A DNA stretch of 64,000 nucleotides. Origin: Geopsychrobacteraceae bacterium (GTDB lineage: Bacteria > Desulfobacterota > Desulfuromonadia > Desulfuromonadales > Geopsychrobacteraceae). How positions within the stretch are numbered: position 1 is the stretch's first letter; the number at the start of each line of letters is the position of its first letter. A program made the translations under genes and the position numbers. A model generated the notes under the pieces. It worked only from the letters and a program-made list of their open reading frames with translations, ran no database searches and was not told the origin of the DNA. Location of the stretch: contig OY759353.1 of the NCBI GenBank assembly GCA_963662315.1, positions 3,296,001 to 3,360,000 of the forward strand. The letters run 5' to 3'. Positions 57,655 to 64,000 of this stretch are shown one piece after another.

Positions 57655-60204
57655 CTATTTGCTGATCAGTCCCTTGAGGCCTCCACTGATTAACGCAGAA
57701 ACATTGAGCAACACCTGCGGAAGGGCCAGCCCACCCGGACAGGCCAGATAGCGTGGTTCCCAGACCGGATCGAACTTCTGTTTGTAAGCCCGCAACCCTT
57801 CAAAATTGTAAAAGTGTTCACCTTGGCGGAAGATAAAAGCTCCTATACGGTGCCACAGGGGGGCGTGGCGACGACTTTCCAAGCCGGACAAGGGCGCCAT
57901 TCCCAGATCGAAATAGCCATATCCCTGTTGCTGTCCCCATAAAATCAGCTCAACGAACAGATAATCCATAATGCCGTTGGGACTCTGTGGCCGGTAGCGC
58001 ATCAGGTCGATAGATAATTCCTCCTGATTCGCACCAAGCCACAGGTTGGCGAAGGCGATAATCTCTTCTTCCTGCATAACCAATGCAACGGGGAAGTTGC
58101 GCAGGTAGTTCTCGTCAAAACAGCCGAGGGAAAAACCTTTTTCGCGCACCTTTTTTGTCGTCATCCAGGCATCTGAAACCTCTTTAAGCCGGGGCAACAG
58201 TTCCGTGGCCTGATCTGCCGGGCACACCTGAAATGTATAGCCCTCTTTTTCCATTTTTCGCTTGATATAACGTAAATTACTCCGTTTCGCCCCGCTCAGC
58301 GAAAATTCAGGCAAAGGGACCCGCGCCGTTTCACCAATTTTGAACAGAGTTAAGCCCATATCCAGATAAACGTGCAGCAATTGGGGACCCACCTCGTAAA
58401 AAATCGTCTGTCCACCATGCTGTTCGACCATGTCACGATATTGCCAGGCCAGATCCCTTGCTACTTCGACTTCTCCAATCGGATCACCAAGCGCAACCCA
58501 GGAATTTTTTTCAACGCCATACATGACAAAGCCGTCCTGTTGTTCAGAAAACAGCAATGCCTTGTCGCCAAGCAAAGCAAGATTGGCGACCGTCTGTTGC
58601 GCCGACCCGATAATTGGTGCGGCCAGAGCTAGATCCTTGGGCTCGGGTAAATGTGGCGCGGGAGCGGGCGAGCGCAATAATCTGGCCAGCGCAAATAACA
58701 AAAGAAAAATACCAATACCGACTGCCGCCCGCATGAAGCGTGGAGCATCCGCATGGAGAGAAAAATGCCACCACAGGTCTGATGTATAATTGACATGCTT
58801 ATAGGCAAAAAAGCCGAGCCATGTGGAACACAGCATGACGATCAGAATACTGGCCAGCCAACCGAAGCTTAAAGGCTCTGCCAGTAAGGACGATTTACGA
58901 TAAAAATGCCGGTGACAAGGAAGCAATGCCAGCAACATGCCCCCGAGAAGCAGGGCTTCTTCATAGTCCCCCCCTTTGAGCAGGGAAAAAAGGCTACCGG
59001 CGCCGAGTAATCCGACGGCTAACAGATAAGCGGCATCGAGTCGTCTCTGCAGGCCACGGGCCAACACCAGCAATACGGCTCCGATCAGGCTACCGAGAAA
59101 ATGGGAAATTTCCAGAATTGGCAGAGGCAGGAAATCTTCCAACCAGACTAACCGTGAGGGTGCTGCCGGCGTTGCACCTGATATCAATAGAATAGTTCCG
59201 GCGATAAAGGTTGAAACCGCCAGAAATTGCGGAACCAGAAGGGTACTCCACTGGCTGGCCGTCTTGAGCATACGCCCGACAACAACCTTGCGCAGGTAGA
59301 TTTCGTTGCCGATCAACAGCAAGGTTGCAACCAGCAGGGGAAGCAGATAATAGATGGCCCGGAACAGCAACAGCGAACCGATGAGCATGGCGGGTGCCAC
59401 CGAAGGCAGGAACAGCACCATCAGTGATTCAAAAATGCCGAGACCGCCTGGGACATGGCTGATCAGCGCCACAATCTGGACCAGCAGGTAAATCCCCAGA
59501 AAATGTCCCAAGGAGATATCCGCTCCTGGAGGGAGCAGCACATAAAGCACACTGCCCGCCAGACTCCAGTCAAGAGCGCCAACCAGCAACTGCAGGCTGC
59601 CAAGCTGCAGGGTTGGTAAACCAAATGACCAGGATTTTAACCGTAGAGTAGCGCCTCTCAAACAGACGATCAGGTAGCTGGCACCCAATAACAGAAACAG
59701 CCAGCCCAGTGGCTGAACCGTCAGCCAGGGCAGGTGTATGGCTGCTGGCAAGGATAAGGGTTCGGCAATAAATACCACGCCGCCAACCGTCAGAAGGCCC
59801 AGCCAGAAGGTCACCACCGTAAAGCCGACCAGCTTGACAATCTTTTCCCCCGATAAGCCCCAGGCAGAATAAAGACGGTAACGCACCGAACCGGCCATCA
59901 ACAATGACAAACCAATGGTGTTACTCAAAGCGTAACTGGCAAAGGAGGCCAGCATGACCTTTTGCGGGGCGAGCTTTTCACCGATATAACGGACTGCCAG
60001 CAGGTCATAAACGGTCAGGACCAGATAGCTGCATAGAGTCAATATCAGGGCACCCAGCAACTTGTTCACCGGTATAGCATGGACCTGAGTAACAATGTCG
60101 TGGTAGTGAAAATGCCCGATGGTACGGTGCAGTAACCATAACGCCAAAGCAAATATGGTGATGGCCAAAAGGGGCATCCAGATGCGGTGATTGATTTTAG
60201 GCAT
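57655..60204 (-). CDS. mprF: Bifunctional aminoacyl-phosphatidylglycerol flippase/synthase
   Basis: Multi-TM N-terminus (HVPGGLGIFE, FRAIYY); C-terminal GDK, LGDPIG, KIGE, EKGFSLG, DLMR, GMAPL, YNFEGLRAYKQKF. Confidence 0.95.
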   Translation of the reverse strand: MPKINHRIWMPLLAITIFALALWLLHRTIGHFHYHDIVTQVHAIPVNKLLGALILTLCSYLVLTVYDLLAVRYIGEKLAPQKVMLASFASYALSNTIGLSLLMAGSVRYRLYSAWGLSGEKIVKLVGFTVVTFWLGLLTVGGVVFIAEPLSLPAAIHLPWLTVQPLGWLFLLLGASYLIVCLRGATLRLKSWSFGLPTLQLGSLQLLVGALDWSLAGSVLYVLLPPGADISLGHFLGIYLLVQIVALISHVPGGLGIFESLMVLFLPSVAPAMLIGSLLLFRAIYYLLPLLVATLLLIGNEIYLRKVVVGRMLKTASQWSTLLVPQFLAVSTFIAGTILLISGATPAAPSRLVWLEDFLPLPILEISHFLGSLIGAVLLVLARGLQRRLDAAYLLAVGLLGAGSLFSLLKGGDYEEALLLGGMLLALLPCHRHFYRKSSLLAEPLSFGWLASILIVMLCSTWLGFFAYKHVNYTSDLWWHFSLHADAPRFMRAAVGIGIFLLLFALARLLRSPAPAPHLPEPKDLALAAPIIGSAQQTVANLALLGDKALLFSEQQDGFVMYGVEKNSWVALGDPIGEVEVARDLAWQYRDMVEQHGGQTIFYEVGPQLLHVYLDMGLTLFKIGETARVPLPEFSLSGAKRSNLRYIKRKMEKEGYTFQVCPADQATELLPRLKEVSDAWMTTKKVREKGFSLGCFDENYLRNFPVALVMQEEEIIAFANLWLGANQEELSIDLMRYRPQSPNGIMDYLFVELILWGQQQGYGYFDLGMAPLSGLESRRHAPLWHRIGAFIFRQGEHFYNFEGLRAYKQKFDPVWEPRYLACPGGLALPQVLLNVSALISGGLKGLISK

Positions 60205-60527
60205 AGATTAAAAATATCCAGAGAATTATTAAGATTAAGAAACTTGGATTTCCGAATAACAGTTTGGCGATAAGAATAATGCGCCTCGAGTTCATCAGCA
60301 ACCATTTAAGACCAGATGACCAAATGGTCATGTTGGGGTCATGCTCACATCATCTGCGCTCTTTAGGATAATGCCTTTTATTGATAATAATGTTAACAGG
60401 TACAGGATTTTTCAGCTTATAAAAGAGCGGGCCAAGACAGCCTGAAGGATCTGCTCGTGGGTAAACAAACGCTGCAGTCAGTGTGACCACATTCAAAGAA
60501 CACCCACAAGCCGGAAGGTAAAATAAC

Positions 60528-61070
60528 ATGACACCAATCAGGAACCTAACTTGTGTTCTTGCGCTGCTGACACTTTCCGTGTTCTGTTGTCAGCAAGCAA
60601 AAGCAGCGGACACGCTGGAAACAGCAGGGGATATCGGCAAGATACTCATACCGGCCATTGCCTACGGAACAACTTTTTACCTGCATGACACTGAAGGCCG
60701 TGACCAATTTTATTGGTCATTTTTTACCAATCTTTCTGTGACATACGCCTTAAAATATACAATCGATAAACAACGTCCCAATGGCGAAGACCATTCATTC
60801 CCCTCTGGCCATACCTCCATGGCCTTTCAGGGCGCAACCTTCATCCATAAACGCTATGGCTGGCAATACAGTATTCCAGCCTACCTGGGGGCCGCTTTTG
60901 TCGGATATAGCCGCATTGAGACGGATAATCATTACGTGGAAGATGTTTTGGCGGGAGCGGCAATCGGCGCAATCAGCAGTTACTATTTCACGGACAGGTA
61001 CCAGGGGCTGGCAGTCACCCCTGTGGTCGACAAGGATTTTTTGGGTCTTACCCTGTCGAAAAAATGGTAG
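60528..61070 (+). CDS. PAP2 family phosphatase (LpxE-like)
   Basis: KxxxxxxRP, SFPSGH and SRxxxxxHxxxD motifs; signal peptide. Confidence 0.88.
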   Translation: MTPIRNLTCVLALLTLSVFCCQQAKAADTLETAGDIGKILIPAIAYGTTFYLHDTEGRDQFYWSFFTNLSVTYALKYTIDKQRPNGEDHSFPSGHTSMAFQGATFIHKRYGWQYSIPAYLGAAFVGYSRIETDNHYVEDVLAGAAIGAISSYYFTDRYQGLAVTPVVDKDFLGLTLSKKW

Positions 61071-61090
61071 TGCTCCATCAGTTCAAAATG

Positions 61091-61128
61091 CAGGAAGAGA
61101 CGATTCGATCCTGAGTCGTCTCTTCCTG
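61091..61128. terminator. Hairpin terminator between convergent genes
   Basis: CAGGAAGAGACGA pairs perfectly with TCGTCTCTTCCTG (13 bp). Confidence 0.7.
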
Positions 61129-61136
61129 ACCTTAAT

Positions 61137-61322
61137 TCAGCAAATCAACCCACCCTTATCGGCAATAAAGTCGATAATCGCCTGCAATCCTTCCCCCGTT
61201 TTCAAATTGGAGAAGACAAAGGGGCGCTCGCCGCGCATTTTCTTGCTGTCACGGTCCATAACGGCCAGGTCAGCGCCAACCAGGGGAGCCAGGTCGGTTT
61301 TGTTGATCACCAGCAGATCAGA
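61137..61322 (-). pseudogene. ureG: 3' remnant of the urease accessory GTPase gene
   Basis: Translates to [61 protein letters not shown]; the N-terminal two-thirds of UreG are missing. Confidence 0.85.
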
Positions 61323-61343
61323 GGAAACCTGGCGGCCTGTAAG

Positions 61344-61847
61344 TCAAGTCATGATCTCGGCAACAACAAAATCGACAATGGCGGCAGGATCATTCAAATC
61401 CAGAACCGGAATATCCAGCTCCAGGTCTTCCAAGTCACTGGCGACGGCAATAACATTGGCATAGGGCTTGTCGGTGCTACCGTAAAGCAGCTCACCATAC
61501 TCATGACGATGAACTTCGATCTTCGGCACTGTGCTGTTTTTGAACCCTTCTATAATAACGATATCAACATCAGGGAAATAACCGATCAGCTCTTCCAGAG
61601 GAAGTTCCTGTTCCAGACACTTCATCAGCGCCATTTTGGTACTCGATGCAACCAGCACGCTATCGGCTCCAGCTGCGGTGAAACGGTAACTGTCCTTGCC
61701 CGGCTTGTCGACCTCAAACTTGTGGGCATCATGCTTTATCGCCCCGACCTTGTAACCTCGCTCCTTAAGCAGACCAATCACCTTTTCAACCAGAGTCGTC
61801 TTCCCGGTTCCGGACAAACGCGCTACAAATGATATCGCTTTGGTCAT
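61344..61847 (-). CDS. mobB: Molybdopterin-guanine dinucleotide biosynthesis protein B
   Basis: SGTGKTTL, IKHDAH, DKPGKDSYRF, IEGFK, PKIEV. Confidence 0.93.
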   Translation of the reverse strand: MTKAISFVARLSGTGKTTLVEKVIGLLKERGYKVGAIKHDAHKFEVDKPGKDSYRFTAAGADSVLVASSTKMALMKCLEQELPLEELIGYFPDVDIVIIEGFKNSTVPKIEVHRHEYGELLYGSTDKPYANVIAVASDLEDLELDIPVLDLNDPAAIVDFVVAEIMT

Positions 61848-61861
61848 CGGGCTAACCCCGC

Positions 61862-62236
61862 TTAAGCTTCAGCAGCGAGAAGCTCTTCTTTTGAAACAGC
61901 TTCAGATTTGATCCGATCGAGCAATTCAGACAGGGCGGCTTTAACATTTTCACGGATATCGCCGGCAACCAGGATATACAACAGGTCGTCGCCCGGCTTC
62001 AGATCTCCACCAAAAGCTTCGACGGCAACACGATAGATCCCCGGAGCATTTTTCTCAAACTCAGCCCGGATTGCTTCAATCTTGGCGTGATCGGGGGTAA
62101 CCCGAACGCCAATGACTTCTTTTTTGTCTCCGCGACTGGTACCACGGACAATGCCATTATGGCAAAGAATCATTCCAACATTTTTGACAAACTCGGGATC
62201 CTGTTTCCACGTATTGATCTGTTCCTGCATATTCAT
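61862..62236 (-). CDS. moaE: MoaE-like molybdopterin synthase catalytic subunit (short form)
   Basis: GMILCHNGIVRG, VAGDIRENV, VSKEE; located in a Moco operon. Confidence 0.8.
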   Translation of the reverse strand: MNMQEQINTWKQDPEFVKNVGMILCHNGIVRGTSRGDKKEVIGVRVTPDHAKIEAIRAEFEKNAPGIYRVAVEAFGGDLKPGDDLLYILVAGDIRENVKAALSELLDRIKSEAVSKEELLAAEA

Positions 62237-62256
62237 AATAGCTCCTGTGCATTTTC

Positions 62257-63471
62257 TTAATTTAAGGTTGAGGAAAAATCCATGACTTTGACCTCAGTTC
62301 CTGCATCCAGGCCACTGCATTGATCGTCAAGAATAATCAAGCCGTCAGCATGGGCCATACTGATGTACTGAGATGTCATCTGTTTTGTTACCGGTGTTGC
62401 GGTGACGACAGAGCCTTCGTCAGCAAGTTTCACCCTGACAAAATCCCAGCGCTTTTCACGTCCTTTGACCGGCTGGGTCAGCTTGGCGATGCGTCCGGAG
62501 GGATGCACGTTTTGCAGGCCGCTGAGTTTTCTCAGTACCGGGATCAGGTAGGCCATGATATTGGTTAAAAATGCCGCCGGGTAACCAGGCATACCGAAGA
62601 ACAGTTTCTGTTCCCGGCGTGCGACCAGCATCGGCCGTCCCGGTTTGATTCTGGTTCGGTCAACCAGCAGCTCAAAGCCACTCTGCTGCAGCAGGGGCCT
62701 GATATAGTCAAACTGCCCCATGGAGACGCCACCAGAGGTGACCACCAGATCGTTCTGCCAGGCCAGCTGATCAACCACCTTGGCAATGACTTCGGGTTTA
62801 TCTTCGACCGGGCCACGCACCACAACATCCATCCCCAATTGGCGCAGGGTGTTGCTCAGGACAAAACTGTTACTTTCATAGACCATTCCCGGGCGATGGC
62901 TTTGCCCCGGTTTGAGTAACTCGTTGCCGGTAATCAGCACACCGATGCGCGGGCGCCGATAAACCTTAACCCGATCAAAGCCAAGGTAACACAAAACACT
63001 GTGGCGGACGGCATCCAGACGGACCCCGACTGGCAGCACAAGTTCCCCCTTGCCAAATTCTTCACCGATACGATTGATATTGTCTCCTGGTTCGGGCTGC
63101 TGCTGAATAGTGACACGCTGCTGATTCAAGGAGGTACTCTCGACTCGGATAACCGCCTGAGATCCCTCCGGAACTGTCGCTCCGGTCATAACCGCGACAG
63201 CATTCGCTCCGCTGAGCCCGGCACGTGGCAGGTCCTCGGCCGCCAGGGTATCCAATACGGAAAATTCCGTCGTATCCAAGGTTCCAAGGGCATAGCCGTC
63301 AACGGCACTGCGCATCGTATCAGGAAACGGACGCGGTGTTTTTACCTCGGTTGCCAGTACATGACCAAAGGCATCGCCGATTTCAAGACGGGTTGTTTCA
63401 ACCGGCTGAACAGCTTCAAGTAGTCGCGCCAGGGCCGCTGAATAGGAAAGGTTTTGCACGTCAGCACTCAT
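62257..63471 (-). CDS. moeA: Molybdopterin molybdotransferase
   Basis: SAVDGYA, MTGA, TGNEL, SGGVSMGQFD, IKPGRP, MPGYP; ATG at 63471 after GGAGGAG. Confidence 0.93.
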   Translation of the reverse strand: MSADVQNLSYSAALARLLEAVQPVETTRLEIGDAFGHVLATEVKTPRPFPDTMRSAVDGYALGTLDTTEFSVLDTLAAEDLPRAGLSGANAVAVMTGATVPEGSQAVIRVESTSLNQQRVTIQQQPEPGDNINRIGEEFGKGELVLPVGVRLDAVRHSVLCYLGFDRVKVYRRPRIGVLITGNELLKPGQSHRPGMVYESNSFVLSNTLRQLGMDVVVRGPVEDKPEVIAKVVDQLAWQNDLVVTSGGVSMGQFDYIRPLLQQSGFELLVDRTRIKPGRPMLVARREQKLFFGMPGYPAAFLTNIMAYLIPVLRKLSGLQNVHPSGRIAKLTQPVKGREKRWDFVRVKLADEGSVVTATPVTKQMTSQYISMAHADGLIILDDQCSGLDAGTEVKVMDFSSTLN

Positions 63472-63476
63472 GATGA

Positions 63477-64000
63477 TCAACTCCTCCCGAAGGGGCAGAT
63501 AGGATAGTGGCAAACTTTGCAAAAGTGGCACAACCCCCCATGTCCTGAACGGGCGATTTCTTCAGGTGTTATCTCTTGTCCGGCCACGATTCTCGGCAGG
63601 AAAATATCAAATGCCGTGGCCGCGAAAACCAATGCCGCGGCGGGAATCGCACAGACAGTTTTCTTGCCGACGTAGCCAATGGTGAAATTGTTACCGGGCT
63701 GCACCGGGTTCCCTTTTTGTGAGAAGCTGATCCCGGCATCCTTCATCGCCTGGGTCGTGACATCATCAGGATCTACCGATGTTCCGCCGGTGATCATTAA
63801 AAGGTCGCTTTTTTCCAGAGCTGCTGAGATAGCACGACTGATCGCTTCCTGATTATCCGGTAAAATTTCAGCTACGGTAACGTCAATACCAAGAGAAGAC
63901 ATCTTTTTTTTCAGCTTGGGGGTGAAGCCATCCTTGATTTTGCCGCTATAAACTTCGCTGCCAGTGACCAGAATCGCTGCTGTTTTTACACTATAAGGAT
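63477..64000 (-). CDS. Molybdopterin-binding (MoeA/MogA-like) protein, 5'-partial
   Basis: TGGTSVDPDDVT, PVQPGN, C-terminal GHGGLCHFCKVCHYPICPFG; the frame continues to the window edge. Confidence 0.85.
   Translation of the reverse strand, partial: PYSVKTAAILVTGSEVYSGKIKDGFTPKLKKKMSSLGIDVTVAEILPDNQEAISRAISAALEKSDLLMITGGTSVDPDDVTTQAMKDAGISFSQKGNPVQPGNNFTIGYVGKKTVCAIPAAALVFAATAFDIFLPRIVAGQEITPEEIARSGHGGLCHFCKVCHYPICPFGRS

Noticed and set aside
61344..61346. Selenocysteine at the mobB TGA
   Set aside because: MobB is complete at this point, the position is not a Cys site in either family, and no convincing SECIS hairpin follows
17569..61464. Long antisense or overlapping ORFs (for example 17569-18414, 28709-29533, 35798-36568, 60781-61464)
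   Set aside because: Shadows of well-supported genes on the opposite strand or in another frame, with no motifs of their own

Overview
Bacterial chromosomal window, probably from a Desulfuromonadales-like deltaproteobacterium (inferred from gene content; no database search was possible). (1) 1-4.9 kb: an alaX fragment, a truncated GNAT gene, and an operon of two Ddl-like ATP-grasp ligases, a GNAT and a KamA-type radical SAM aminomutase behind a possibly structured leader. (2) 5.1-37.1 kb: a ~32 kb metal-acquisition island with modD-modA-modB (no modC), Mop, XdhC, FmdE, three DUF364 proteins, four SAM methyltransferases, a radical SAM/solute-binding-domain fusion, three TonB-dependent receptors, two FecBCDE-type ABC systems and a TtpC-type TonB motor. 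Its promoter regions share a ModE-like tandem operator (half-sites CGYTAT/ATARCG, spacing 6-10-6). This is the best candidate for an undescribed system: Mo/W-regulated import and cytoplasmic processing of an organic metal chelate or cofactor. (3) 37-47 kb: foldback repeats flanking a sigma54 motif and a 44-aa Cys-rich gene missed by the ORF track, then ppc, ankyrin, lipoprotein, transglutaminase-like, aldehyde dehydrogenase, LysE and AraC genes. (4) 47.5-56 kb: an AT-rich orphan module of a PAAR-like DUF4150 gene, a MIX/VasX-like effector and three mosaic Sel1 lipoproteins. (5) 56-64 kb: CBS/DUF294, mprF, PAP2, a ureG 3' remnant in frame behind mobB, and Moco biosynthesis genes (mobB, moaE, moeA, molybdopterin-binding protein). 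No rRNA, tRNA, CRISPR array or transposase was recognised.
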